Below, one piece after another: positions 16,833-27,060 of a DNA stretch of 64,000 nucleotides. The DNA comes from Thermoanaerobaculia bacterium (lineage in GTDB: Bacteria > Acidobacteriota > Thermoanaerobaculia > Multivoradales > JAIOJS01). A program made the position numbers and the translations under genes. Location: NCBI GenBank assembly GCA_030429235.1, contig JAUIDB010000010.1:13334-77333 (forward strand), written 5' to 3'. The first letter of the stretch is position 1; every line of letters starts with the position of its first letter. The notes under the pieces are model-generated. The model did no database searches, was not told where the DNA came from, and was given only the letters and a program-made list of their open reading frames with translations.

Positions 16833-17822
16833 CTAGCGTTCGCCTCGGGACTCGGGCTCCGGGCTCTGCTCTGATTCCAGGCAAAGACTCTCGTCCGGCG
16901 GCGACCACGATCCGTCTCGACAGTAGAGCCAGAGCAGACCAAGGCGGTAGCTGGTGCCGCTGTAGGCGGAGTGGGTGCCGCCGGGAATGGTCAGGACCTC
17001 ATGAGCCCACGGCGCGGTGTCGGCATCCTGCCAGGCGGCGCTCCAGGCCAGGGCGGCCTCTCGGAGCGGTGGGTAGTCCTCGGATCCGCTGGTGACGACC
17101 AGACCCAGATCCTTCCGCTCGGCTGGGGCCGGAGTCGAGAAGTAGAGCTCGCGCCCGGGGTCGAAAGCCGGGTTGTTGGCGATTCGGCCCCAGAAGAGAT
17201 CCGGGTGCCGGAAGGCGGAGTAGAGCACCATCGAGCCCCCGCGGCTCTGTCCGAACAGGATGCGTCGTTCGGGGTCGACTCGGTAGTCCTTCTCGATCCG
17301 TGGGAGGAGTTCGCTGGACAGAAAGCGGTGGAAGTTCTCGGCCCCGCCCCGGGCTGGGTCGCCGTCCGGGGTGGGGGCCGAAAAGTCGAAGCCCCGGCGG
17401 TTGGTGTCGGGGGCGAAGGAGCCGTACGAGATGCCGACCACCACCGCCTCGGGCAATCCGAGGTCGTAGGTCAGGAAGAGATGACTGGCGGCCAGGATCG
17501 GGAAGAGCGAATCGCCATCCAGCACGTAGACCGTGGGGTAGCGGCGATCTGAGTCCGTCTCGTACCCGTCCGGCAGGCGAACGTAGATATGGAACGGCCG
17601 GCCGACCGCGCGCGAGTCGATCCGGAAGTAGCCCCCGGCCAGCGCGGGAAGGTGGTCCAGGGGAGTGGCGGCTTTGGCGACCGCTGGGTTCGGAGTCTGG
17701 TCGCCCGATGCGGGGGCGAGGTTGTCGACGGGGTGGCCCCAACCAGGGGCGCCCAACAGTTCCAAGATCAGCAGGGAACTCGCCAGGACGACGAGGAGGA
17801 TGGCTCTCACCCTGCGGACCAT
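16833..17822 (-). CDS. Esterase-family alpha/beta hydrolase (enterochelin/siderophore-esterase-like), secreted
   Basis: Shows 'PTVYVLDGDSLF' and 'FGQSRGGSMVLYSAFRHPDLF' (nucleophile elbow GxSxGG). The ORF opens at 18293, but the signal peptide and a plausible ATG are at 17822. Confidence 0.65.
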   Translation of the reverse strand: MVRRVRAILLVVLASSLLILELLGAPGWGHPVDNLAPASGDQTPNPAVAKAATPLDHLPALAGGYFRIDSRAVGRPFHIYVRLPDGYETDSDRRYPTVYVLDGDSLFPILAASHLFLTYDLGLPEAVVVGISYGSFAPDTNRRGFDFSAPTPDGDPARGGAENFHRFLSSELLPRIEKDYRVDPERRILFGQSRGGSMVLYSAFRHPDLFWGRIANNPAFDPGRELYFSTPAPAERKDLGLVVTSGSEDYPPLREAALAWSAAWQDADTAPWAHEVLTIPGGTHSAYSGTSYRLGLLWLYCRDGSWSPPDESLCLESEQSPEPESRGER

Positions 17823-17866
17823 CCGCCGGCGGGCGGGAGTTCGATGGGTTGGGACTTCACCGGATG

Positions 17867-18415
17867 CTATTCGAACTCGAGATCCCGTCCCGGGAGGGGG
17901 GGCGGCGTCTCGTCCACTCGTTCGAGATCCTGGAACTCGGGGCTGGTGACGATGGTCTCCAGGTGTTCGACGAGCTGGTGGAGTCGTTCCTTCCGCAAGG
18001 CACGACCGCTCGCTGAGTCCGAGGGGTTGGGGGCCGCGGCTCGGAGTCCTTCCTCGGCTTGCTGCACCACCGAGGACCCTTCGGGCCAGCGACGGCTGGT
18101 CACCAACACGGAGAGGTCCTCGATGCGACGCGACAGCCGTTCGAGTTCGTCCTGAGTGGCGGACTGGCCCATGAGTTCCTGCAGTTTCTGCTCCTCCCAC
18201 TCGCGGCCACCGATACCGAAGATGCCAAAGACCTGGACGGTGTGGCTCAAAAACCCGATGCCCCAGCCCAGGAGCGGGAAGATGAACCACCACTCGCCGG
18301 GGGAGACGAGAAGATTCATAGTGAACAGCGCGGCGTTGACCCCCACGTAGGAGGTCAGGTGGCCGTAGTAGTCCCGCAGCTCTTTGACCCGCTTGCGGGC
18401 CTGGGCTTCGTTCAT
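17867..18415 (-). CDS. 2TM-domain membrane protein (PF13239-like)
   Basis: The N-terminus 'KRVKELRDYYGHLTSYVGVNAALFTMNLLVSPGEWWFIFPLLGWGIGFLSHTVQVFG' matches the 2TM-domain consensus. An acidic C-terminal tail follows. Confidence 0.6.
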   Translation of the reverse strand: MNEAQARKRVKELRDYYGHLTSYVGVNAALFTMNLLVSPGEWWFIFPLLGWGIGFLSHTVQVFGIFGIGGREWEEQKLQELMGQSATQDELERLSRRIEDLSVLVTSRRWPEGSSVVQQAEEGLRAAAPNPSDSASGRALRKERLHQLVEHLETIVTSPEFQDLERVDETPPPLPGRDLEFE

Positions 18416-18578
18416 GGGGTAAGCCTACTACGTTCGCTCCGGGGCGTGGGGCTTCGTAACCGACCCTCGACTCGTACGTCCAAGGATCTGCGGTGCCGGC
18501 TTGCGAAGTCGTTCAGCCCAGTGTGGGTAGGAGCATCGCTCCCGAAGCGCTCACCTCGAGAGTTGGAGAATCAGCGTC

Positions 18579-19793
18579 ATGAACCGAAACCGAGTCCTTC
18601 GGCGATCCCTTGGCGTCAGCCTTGCCTGGTGCATCGCGGCGCTGTCGGTGGCGGCTGGCTCGAGCACAGCTCCCGACCCGCCGATCGCCCTGGGGGTCGA
18701 GAAGACGCTCGACTCCGACCGGCTGGGACACGTTCGTCGGGTCTTCGTCTCCCTACCGTCCGACTATGCCAAGGGGGAGGAGCGGTATCCGGTGCTCTAT
18801 CTGTTGGACGGCGACCGACTCTTCGAGTCGACGGCGGCGGCCGCTCGGTTCCTGGCTTCGGCCGGCGCGATCCCTCCCCTCATCGTGGTCGGAGTGGCCA
18901 ACGATGTCGACCGCGGCTACTACCTCACTCCGCCCTTCGATCGTTGGCTTTCCCGCAGTGGGGGCGCCGACGAGTTTCTGGGGTTTCTCGAGACCGAGCT
19001 GATCCCCTGGGTCGACTCCGAGTATCGGACGGCGCCGCATCGCACCCTCGCCGGTTCGTCGTTCGGCGGCATCTTCGTGCTGCATGCGCTGTACTCGAAG
19101 CCGGACCTCTTCCACGCCTACCTCGCCGCCAGTCCGAGCCTGCACATGGGGGAGGGATCGCTGGTCGACGCGGCGGCGTCGAGACTCGATCGCGGGCTGC
19201 CGACTTCGCGCTTTCTGTTTCTGAGCCTGGCCGACGAACGCAACGAACTGGTTTGGGGCCAGGAGATGCGGACCCACTTCGACCGGTTGGTCGAGCTACT
19301 GAACTATCGCCACCGATCCGCGGGGCTGCGGTTCGAGGCGCGGCAGTATCCCGACGAGACCCACTCCACGGTGAAACTGCGCGCCTTCTCGGACGGGCTG
19401 CGCAGCCTCTTCTGGCAGTGGCCCATCCCCGAGTTTCGCTCCCGCCGTGGCTTGTCCGGTCTCGAGGAACACTTTCGTGAACTGTCGAAGGAACTGGGGT
19501 TCGAGTTGGGGATTCCGGTGGTGGCCTTCGTCGACCTCGGGTCTCGGGCCCTCGATCGCGACGAGGCCGACCAGGCGGTCGAGTTGTTCCGCCTGGCTAC
19601 CGAGCGGTTCGCGGAGTCACCGATCCTCTGGCACGGCCTGGCGGAGTCGCTGGAGAAGGTCGGTGAGGGTGACTCGGCGCTCGAAGCCATGGCCCGAGCC
19701 GTGGACACGGCGCAGAGATCGGACGATCCCGACCTGGAGCGGTACCGCCGCCGCCTTCAGGCGATGGAGCAGCGACTGGGCGTCGAGCCCTGA
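18579..19793 (+). CDS. Secreted esterase-family alpha/beta hydrolase with a C-terminal TPR-like helical domain
   Basis: Signal peptide, then 'YPVLYLLDGDRLF' and 'LAGSSFGGIFVLHALYSKPDLF'. It is a paralogue of the gene at 16833..17822. The C-terminal ~120 aa is helical and TPR-like. Confidence 0.7.
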   Translation: MNRNRVLRRSLGVSLAWCIAALSVAAGSSTAPDPPIALGVEKTLDSDRLGHVRRVFVSLPSDYAKGEERYPVLYLLDGDRLFESTAAAARFLASAGAIPPLIVVGVANDVDRGYYLTPPFDRWLSRSGGADEFLGFLETELIPWVDSEYRTAPHRTLAGSSFGGIFVLHALYSKPDLFHAYLAASPSLHMGEGSLVDAAASRLDRGLPTSRFLFLSLADERNELVWGQEMRTHFDRLVELLNYRHRSAGLRFEARQYPDETHSTVKLRAFSDGLRSLFWQWPIPEFRSRRGLSGLEEHFRELSKELGFELGIPVVAFVDLGSRALDRDEADQAVELFRLATERFAESPILWHGLAESLEKVGEGDSALEAMARAVDTAQRSDDPDLERYRRRLQAMEQRLGVEP

Positions 19794-19914
19794 TTCCTCG
19801 ACCGATCGGCCCCACCGACCGGGATCCTCACCGCCGCTAGGGATTCAGGAACGACGCCGAGCCGAGCGCCCGCGGAGGGATCTCGACGAGCTGCCAGCCC
19901 GCTCGGCGACGACC

Positions 19915-20646
19915 TCAGCCGGCCGGCTCGGGCAGCGTCAGCACAGGCGCGCCCGCGGCGTCGAGGAACTCGAGGCGGGGTCCGGCTTCGTCGACTAGAA
20001 GCCGCAGTCGCGGTTGTCCTGCTTCGTCTCGCATCTCGACCTGGGCCACCTGGTCGCGGCTGCCGACGAACAGTCGCTCGACTCCGATCTTCTCTCGCAT
20101 CGTCGCCATCTCGGCCCGCAGCCGTTCCCGCTCCGCTTCGTCCTCGCTCTCCATCCGCCGTAGGCCGAGGTCGAGGAAGTCGCCGAAGAAGAGGTCGCTG
20201 GGACGGTCCCAGACTCTGAGGCCCGCGCGGCGGGTCTGGCCGTTGTCGAGGTACTGGATTGCCACCACCTGGTTCTGGCGCCACTGATCGAAGGAGAGAT
20301 GGCCTCCCGCCCAGTATCCGTCCTCTTTGGGGATGCCATTGAAGACGAGGCCTCCCACCTCGTCGCCCTCTTCGTTGAAGAAGATCATGCCCGACAGCAG
20401 ATTGCGGCCGTCGCCGAAGGCCGCCGGATACTCCTTGCCCCCGAAGGTCGGGCCCGGGATATGCCGCTGGTTGGCCAGGGCGAGGACCGGTGCCCCGTTG
20501 ACCCCGACGATGTCGATGCGCTCGGCGCTGATGCGCGTGGTGTCGAGGTGGTCACGGGCCGCCGCCCGATCGAGGAGCAGGTAGCCGAGGGCGATCCAGG
20601 TCACCAACTGGCTCGTGACGAGGGCGAAGAGAACAGTGCGCTGCAT
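19915..20646 (-). CDS. Hypothetical signal-anchored or secreted protein
   Basis: The ORF opens at 20883 but a hydrophobic N-terminus begins at the ATG at 20646 (MQRTVLFALVTSQLVTWIALGYLLL). No recognisable domain. Confidence 0.45.
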   Translation of the reverse strand: MQRTVLFALVTSQLVTWIALGYLLLDRAAARDHLDTTRISAERIDIVGVNGAPVLALANQRHIPGPTFGGKEYPAAFGDGRNLLSGMIFFNEEGDEVGGLVFNGIPKEDGYWAGGHLSFDQWRQNQVVAIQYLDNGQTRRAGLRVWDRPSDLFFGDFLDLGLRRMESEDEAERERLRAEMATMREKIGVERLFVGSRDQVAQVEMRDEAGQPRLRLLVDEAGPRLEFLDAAGAPVLTLPEPAG

Positions 20647-21447
20647 GCGAATCTCCAAGGGAATGGGGCGGAGGTAGAAACAGGGACTGGGAGGCGCTCC
20701 TGACGTCGCGAGGCAGCCTTCGACTCGGCCAAGGGTCCGGGGCGAACCTGTCGAGGTGCGGAGCGGAGACCCACGATCGTCGGGACGAGGCGCGAGGTTA
20801 CCTGATGTGAGGGCACTCTCGAGGCACCTGGCGCGAGTGGTTGGGGTCGACCGGTTTCCTGCTCCCGTTCTCGGGTGAGGCAAGGGTTCTCGACGGCCTC
20901 GTGTGAATCCAGGGAGGCCACACAGTCTGTGTCGAGCCCTGGGTCAAGTGGCTCTCGATTGAGTCTTGATCCTCACCCTACGTCAGGGACTACCGTCGGA
21001 TCTCCATCGATGTTCTGCAAAGGAAGGGACTTCCAATGAGTGAGAATGGCAAACCCCGAATCGACTCCGTTGAGGCAACGTTTCCTCTCTCTGTTCGAGG
21101 CTTTCGCTTGGACTCTGACCCTGGTGGTCCTGCTCCAGTTCATGGCCTGGCATCAGTCCGCGTTGGAACACACCATCTCGCAGCGCGCGATGGCCCTCCT
21201 CAAGATTGGCGGAGCCGACACCGTCGAGTTCGGCCTTGATTGTCTTCCTGGTCCTGCGGTTTCGCAGGAGGGGTATTCCCCGGAGCAACGAGTCGAGACG
21301 AGTGCAGAGTGCGACCCTCGACATCGGTCCGTCCGACTAGACTACGAGGCCATGGGCAGAGAGAGCCGAGGTCTCCAGCGGAGGTCCGAACCCACCAAGG
21401 ATCTGAAGCAGGTTCCAAGCTGGTCATGACGATCTTTCCGGCATCGG

Positions 21448-23745
21448 TTGTCCGTGCTTTCTTGCGTTCCGAAGACTGGTTTCGAAGCAGCAGCGAGTGG
21501 ATCGACCGGCCATGAGTTCAGCGCTAGTTCACTTCGGCCGTCGACCGACCCGGTACGGATTCTCGGTTTGACGCTCGGAAACAAGGGGGCCGACTGGCTG
21601 CGCCATGGGGTGGTCTTGTGGCTCGTGTCGTTGGCACTAGGCTGCAGCTCCGAGGCACCCTGGAACGTCTTGCTGGTGACTCTCGACACCACCAGGGCGG
21701 ACTTCCTCGGCTGCTACGGCAAGACCTCCGCGCAGACTCCCGTTCTCGACCAACTGGCCGAAAGGGGGACTCTCTTCGAGAGCGCCTATACCTCGAATCC
21801 GGTAACCCAAGCCGCGCACTCGACCATTCTCACCGGGGTCTACCCCATGGTTCACGGAGTGCGAGACAACATTCTCTTTCGCCTTCCCGAGGAGATGACG
21901 ACCCTCGCTGAGCATCTTCGGGTCGCTGGCTACGCGACCGGTGCCGCGGTCGGTGGCTTTCCCTTGACGCGGGAGTTCGGGACCGCACAGGGTTTCGACT
22001 TCTATGACGACGACTTGACCCATGGCCGCACAGATTTCCGGGGCCGGCCGATTCCGGATCGGCTCGCTACTTGGTACGACGAGCGTCCCGCGCCGCAGGT
22101 CAACGATGCGATTCTCAGCTGGCTCCGCGAAGATCGGTCGGTTCCATTCTTCGCCTGGGTGCACTATTGGGATCCGCACGAACCCCACATCGCTCCGTCG
22201 CCCTTCAGAGAACTGTTCATCGACGATCCCTACCAGGCCGAAATCGCCTACGCCGATCAAAGCCTGGGTGCACTACTCGACGCTCTGGAGCGTGCTGGCG
22301 AACGGCACCGCACTCTCGTCGTGGTGACCGCAGACCACGGCGAGGGACGGGGCGAACACCGCGAGAGCACACACGCGTTTCTTGCGTACGATGCCACGCT
22401 CCGCGTGCCGTTGATTGTCAGCGCGCCCGATCAAGCGCAGAACCGGAGGATTGCGGAACGCGTCGGCACGGTCGACATCGTGCCGACCATCCTGGATCTT
22501 CTCGATCTACCGTCCAGTGACCAGCTTCAGGGACGATCTCTGGCGCCGCTGATGCGCCAGCCTGCTGCCTCCGACAGTGTGGCGACCCCGCGCCATCGCA
22601 CTCCCTACTACAGTGAGAGTCTGTCGCCCCGGCTCTCTCATGGACTCGGAGAGCTTCGAGCCCTGTTCCTAGGTCCTTGGAAGTACGTCCACGGGCCTCG
22701 ACCGGAGCTGTTTCATCTGGGTCGCGACCCCGGCGAGCTTCGTGACCTCATCACGGTCGAGACAGCCCAAGCCGAATCGATGAGATCCCAGTTGCAGGAG
22801 TTCCTGCACGCAAGGAAGAGCAAAGAGGTGACGAAGGCCTTGCATGACATCGATGAAGAAACGCGGCAGAGATTGGCAGCCCTGGGCTACCTCGCCTCCA
22901 TGCCGGGTACCGGCGAGCAGGTCGACGAGATCCTGCGCTCTGATGGCGAAGCTCCCCAGGACCGTGTGGGCGACATCAACCTCCAGAGCCGTTTGAGAAG
23001 ACAGCTCGGAGTGCGACACTTCGCTGCCGCGGAGCGCACGGCTCGATCGCTGTTGATGGCCGCGCCCGAGAACACCTTCTACCTGAAGTCCCTCGTGGCG
23101 GCGCAACTCGGGCTCGACAAACCTGAGGAGGCGGCCCGCGAGCTGCTCGCCGTGACGCCGTCGGCTGCGCTTGGCCCTCAGTTCCTAGCAGTTGGCCAAG
23201 CTCTCTTCGACTCTGGCGCGGAGGTTCGAGGCCTCGAGCTGATTCGGCGAGGCATCGAAGCTGGAGACGTGGCCAACGGCGAAGCGCAGCTGGCCAGGCT
23301 GCTGCTTGCGTCCGACGACATCGAGGGATTCCAGCAAGCCACGAAGCGGGCTCTCGAGGCCGATCCGGAGCATCGAGGATCCCGTCTGGAACGGGCTCGC
23401 TACTACCTGGCGACCGACCGACTGCGTGAAGCAGAAAGCGATCTGCTGCGGCTCTTGCGCGCGAACCCTATCGACCCCGAAGTGCATCTGGAGTACGCGG
23501 GTCTGCTCCGTAGGGAAGGGCAGTCCGAGGCAGCGGAAAGGCGCTTGCTGCGCGTCCTGCGACTCGCACCGCACTGGTGTGACCCCTACCTGGAGCTGAT
23601 CCGGTTGCATCGAGAAGCCCTCCGGCCAGCGGAGGCTTCCGAGGTCTTGGGACGGATGCGCACACACTGCACCGACGCAAGCCAACTTTCCCATGCCGCC
23701 ACTCTTGCCGTGGCGATGGACACAGCTGGAGGATACCGCCCGTGA
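21448..23745 (+). CDS. Sulfatase-like (alkaline-phosphatase superfamily) lipoprotein with Thr at the nucleophile position and a C-terminal TPR domain
   Basis: The lipobox is 'LVSLALGCSS'. 'LLVTLDTTRADFLGCYG' carries the metal-binding Asp. 'NPVTQAAHSTILTG' aligns to the sulfatase 'CSPSRAALLTG' with C to T and R to H. 'VVVTADHGEG' is present, and TPR repeats fill the last ~300 aa. The true start may be a GTG nearer the lipobox. Confidence 0.75.
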   Translation: MSVLSCVPKTGFEAAASGSTGHEFSASSLRPSTDPVRILGLTLGNKGADWLRHGVVLWLVSLALGCSSEAPWNVLLVTLDTTRADFLGCYGKTSAQTPVLDQLAERGTLFESAYTSNPVTQAAHSTILTGVYPMVHGVRDNILFRLPEEMTTLAEHLRVAGYATGAAVGGFPLTREFGTAQGFDFYDDDLTHGRTDFRGRPIPDRLATWYDERPAPQVNDAILSWLREDRSVPFFAWVHYWDPHEPHIAPSPFRELFIDDPYQAEIAYADQSLGALLDALERAGERHRTLVVVTADHGEGRGEHRESTHAFLAYDATLRVPLIVSAPDQAQNRRIAERVGTVDIVPTILDLLDLPSSDQLQGRSLAPLMRQPAASDSVATPRHRTPYYSESLSPRLSHGLGELRALFLGPWKYVHGPRPELFHLGRDPGELRDLITVETAQAESMRSQLQEFLHARKSKEVTKALHDIDEETRQRLAALGYLASMPGTGEQVDEILRSDGEAPQDRVGDINLQSRLRRQLGVRHFAAAERTARSLLMAAPENTFYLKSLVAAQLGLDKPEEAARELLAVTPSAALGPQFLAVGQALFDSGAEVRGLELIRRGIEAGDVANGEAQLARLLLASDDIEGFQQATKRALEADPEHRGSRLERARYYLATDRLREAESDLLRLLRANPIDPEVHLEYAGLLRREGQSEAAERRLLRVLRLAPHWCDPYLELIRLHREALRPAEASEVLGRMRTHCTDASQLSHAATLAVAMDTAGGYRP

Positions 23746-25496
23746 TGATACTGCTCAGCCGTCGACTGAGGGCTGTCCCTTCCATCCTCTTCCTACTCGC
23801 TGTCGTGTCGCTCGCCTGCGCCAGCAACGACTCGTCCTCGCCGATCGACCCGGCCCGAGCTGGTGTCGTGGCTTCCTGGGACAGCGGGAGCCTTGGGCTC
23901 GAGGAGATCGAACAGGCACTCTCGACTTCGGTCCTCGAAACCTGCCGCAAGGCTCGCCGCCAGGGCGGACTGGAGAACCTGATTCCCTGCTATCGAGAGT
24001 TGTCCGAGGCTCTGGTGCTGGAACGTCTGGTGCTGGCCGATGTCGCCGACCTCGCGGAGGCAACGCGGAGGGTAGAGGGTTTTGGGCAGTTGGAACGGGA
24101 AGCTCTTCTAGGGTTGTTCCTGAGCCAGGTGCGAACTGAGATCTCGATCGAACCCGCTGAGATCGAGCGCCACTTCGAGGCCGACCCGGAACGGTTCCGC
24201 CAGCCTAGAGCTGTCGAGTTGTCGACGCTCTTTCGTCGCCACGAGAATCCGAGTCAGCCCGAGGCGACTCTCGCCTATCTCGAGGATCTCAAGCGGCGCT
24301 TCGAGGCAGGCGCTTCCTTTTCGGCACTCTCTCGGTCGCATTCGCATTCCGAGACCCGCTCTCGCGGCGGCGAGGTCGGTAGCGTTTCCGAGTTCGACCT
24401 ACCACCCCGGCTCGCTCAGGTCGCCTTCTCACTGGAGGTTGGCGAAGTCAGCGACCCAGTTCTGGTGAGAAACGGTGCGATTCTCTTGCACGTTCGCGGG
24501 GCGCGGGCAGCGGTCGAGCCCAGTCTGTCCAGTGCCGAGCTAGAGATCCGCCGCGAACTCCTACGCGAGCGGATCCGGTCGATCGTGTCAGAGCACACAA
24601 AGGACCTGACGCCGCCCGCTGGCTCGACCGTCCTCACCTCAGGGGAGCTCTCGACCGCGGTCGAGGCGGGCGTTCCAGATCGGATGGTTCTCGAGGTCGA
24701 AGGGGATTCCCTCGATCTCGCGGCGTTGCATCGACTGGCTGGGATCGGCAATCCCGGTCGGGCGCTGACCGAGGCCCAGTTCGGTCAACTCGAAGCTGAG
24801 TACCGGCACCAGATCGAGCGCCGACTCCTCGGTCTGGAACTCGTTCGGTCCCCGCCACCCGATCTCTCGGAAGCGGCTTTCGAGCGGGTACGGCGGAACG
24901 CGATTGATCGGCTCGTCGATGATCGAGTGCAAGAGGCCCTCGACCTTCGGCTCGACGAGACCGTCCTCCAGGAGTACTACGCGGACAATCGTCTGCACTA
25001 TCAGAGCCCGCTGCGGCTCGAGTTGCGGCTGTGGAGCCTGCCTTTCGGCGACGATCCACCCGCACAGCTTCGTCAGATGGAGCAGTTCCGAGCCGACCTG
25101 ATCGGTCACCGGAGGACGCTCGACGAAGCGGTCCAACGACTGGGAGGGGTCGTTCGAGAACTAGGCTGGAGGACCATCCAGGAACTACCGAGCGACATAC
25201 CGCCCAAAGCCCGAACCTATCTGGCCGAGGCTGCCTCCACGGGGTACTCCGTTCCCTACCAACAGGCCGAGGAACTCCACCTGTTCGTCATCGATGCGCG
25301 GCAGGATCCCCTGCCGCTTCCCTACGGGGAGGTCAAGGAAGAGGTGCGGTCGGACTATCTGAGGCGATTCCACCATCAGCTCTATCGAGAGATGCTGGAC
25401 GAGCGCCTGGCGGCCAGATCCTTCCAGTTCCACGAAACAGCCCTCCATGACCTACTGATTCCGAGCGGCGACCGCGATCCAACTGCGGTGCGGTAG
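23742..25496 (+). CDS. SurA/PpiD-like periplasmic chaperone with a parvulin-type PPIase domain (lipoprotein)
   Basis: Its start overlaps the upstream stop (GTG 23742 or ATG 23745). The lipobox is 'VVSLACAS'. The parvulin-like core is 'GEVGSVSEFDLPPRLAQVAFSLEVGEVSDPVLVRNGAILLHVRG', flanked by SurA-N-like helical regions. Confidence 0.7.
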   Translation: MMILLSRRLRAVPSILFLLAVVSLACASNDSSSPIDPARAGVVASWDSGSLGLEEIEQALSTSVLETCRKARRQGGLENLIPCYRELSEALVLERLVLADVADLAEATRRVEGFGQLEREALLGLFLSQVRTEISIEPAEIERHFEADPERFRQPRAVELSTLFRRHENPSQPEATLAYLEDLKRRFEAGASFSALSRSHSHSETRSRGGEVGSVSEFDLPPRLAQVAFSLEVGEVSDPVLVRNGAILLHVRGARAAVEPSLSSAELEIRRELLRERIRSIVSEHTKDLTPPAGSTVLTSGELSTAVEAGVPDRMVLEVEGDSLDLAALHRLAGIGNPGRALTEAQFGQLEAEYRHQIERRLLGLELVRSPPPDLSEAAFERVRRNAIDRLVDDRVQEALDLRLDETVLQEYYADNRLHYQSPLRLELRLWSLPFGDDPPAQLRQMEQFRADLIGHRRTLDEAVQRLGGVVRELGWRTIQELPSDIPPKARTYLAEAASTGYSVPYQQAEELHLFVIDARQDPLPLPYGEVKEEVRSDYLRRFHHQLYREMLDERLAARSFQFHETALHDLLIPSGDRDPTAVR

Positions 25497-25766
25497 GAGC
25501 GTGGGTCCCGCGGCACTGGCACGAAAGCCTGCGAGCTCTCGATCGAAGGGTTTGGACGAGGGGTCGTGTCTCGAGAGTGACTCTCGCCGGAGGTCGGAGT
25601 CCACCCCACAACCGGAAGGCGCGAAGGAAGCAGTCGCCATCCGAGGCGGCGGCATGCGACATGCTAGACTGCAGAAGCGTCCTACACAGGCAAGAGCGTC
25701 CGAGTTCAATGGCCATGGTCTACAAAAACGAGCCTTCTTGCTCGGCACACACGAGGTGACGAAACA

Positions 25767-26267
25767 ATGGTGACTTCCCGAGCGAGGCTGCTGGCCTGCA
25801 TCGCCGGCGGCATTCTGATCTTGATGGCTGGTGTCGACCCCGCCCGGGCACAATGCAATACCACCGGGAATCCGAACATGACCACGTTCCCGACCGGCCC
25901 CACCATCGTGATCACCAAGTACCTAACGGCGGCCACGACCTGTACGGGGACCGTGAGCACTGCCCTCGCCTGCTACCCATCGAATGGAGAGGTGGTCACC
26001 GGGTTGACGTTTCTGGTTGCGAGTGCGCTGACGGCAACAGTCAACCCTGTTTGTCAGTGGAACTGTGGCTGTGGCACCGTCACCACGGACACGGGAGACG
26101 GTCTGCCGGTGGAACTGATGGACTTCGAGATCGAAGCTTCGTCCCAAGCGGCTGGCATGCCAGTCGAGGAGACTCCGGCCAGAGCGGCTCCACTCGCTTC
26201 GAGTACCAGAGCCTCGAGCGCCGACTCCAACGCGCCGGTGTATCGACCAGAACCTCAGCCACTCTGA
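25767..26267 (+). CDS. Small secreted Cys/Thr-rich protein (hypothetical) carrying a 'LPVELMDFEIE' motif
   Basis: Has a signal peptide and seven Cys in the mature part. Lies in a lower-GC patch. Confidence 0.45.
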   Translation: MVTSRARLLACIAGGILILMAGVDPARAQCNTTGNPNMTTFPTGPTIVITKYLTAATTCTGTVSTALACYPSNGEVVTGLTFLVASALTATVNPVCQWNCGCGTVTTDTGDGLPVELMDFEIEASSQAAGMPVEETPARAAPLASSTRASSADSNAPVYRPEPQPL

Positions 26268-27060
26268 GAGAAGGACACTCGATCTCGAGAAGGCTTTGGG
26301 AACCGAGGTGTCGAGGTATCGGGGCTGCCTAGACTAGTGTTCTAGGGGATTCCGGAATGCCGATGTTGATGGTTGTGGTTCTGAATGAAGATCCGTGCCC
26401 ACTGGTGTCGATGGTCGAGATCACGGAGCCTACCGAGCACGCCACGGTGGAGTAATCTGGCTTCTTTGAAGTGACTCTCGGAGAAGGGGTTGCCGTCCGA
26501 GGGGTGTGGACTCGATGTTCGCTCACTGAGCAGGTGCGTGCGTTGTCGGGTCCGCTGGCGTTTCTAGGGTCATGGGACAGCCATTGCAGTTGCTTGAACA
26601 CGCAATCGTTGAGCTGCGTCTCGTCGTGGTCTGGAGGCGGATTCCCTGGGCCTCTTGGGCCTTGACTCTGGCGACCCTTTTCGCGCTCTGGCCCCTCGTG
26701 GCGGCTCACAGCTCGAATCTCGGCGCCCCACCTAGCGATCGGGTTCGTCAGCTCCCAGACTCCACCATGGAAGCCGCGATCCAGGCCGGTTGTGGCTCGG
26801 CGGCCCCGTTGGAGTTCCGTCAGTCCCCGGGGTCGAAACCCGAGGTCACAGGGCCGCTCCTGCTCGCTGAGGGCCCCGAGCCGGTGCCCCGAGGCGTCAT
26901 CCTACTTCCTTGTCGGCGGGTTCCCCTTGACGGCCGCGGTCGGGGCTTCCATCGAGCCCATGGTGGAGGAGGCTCGTACCTGACCGACTCAGAGGTCTTC
27001 TCGTTGACGATGGTTCTTGAGGAACCGTGGTCGATTACTCAGGGCCAGGAGTCAGAGTAG

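Noticed and set aside
18059-19480. 473-aa plus-strand ORF overlapping the esterase gene in another frame. The same applies to 37711..39084, 39826..41004, 41263..42630, 48377..50095, 55307..56320 and 57137..58228
   Set aside because: All are alternative-frame or antisense ORFs of high-GC coding sequence, with biased Arg/Pro/Gly composition, and they conflict with domain-bearing genes.
25516-25535. TGGCAC hexamer upstream of the small Cys-rich gene as a sigma-54 promoter
   Set aside because: The -12 element is absent (CCTGC instead of TTGC at the required spacing).
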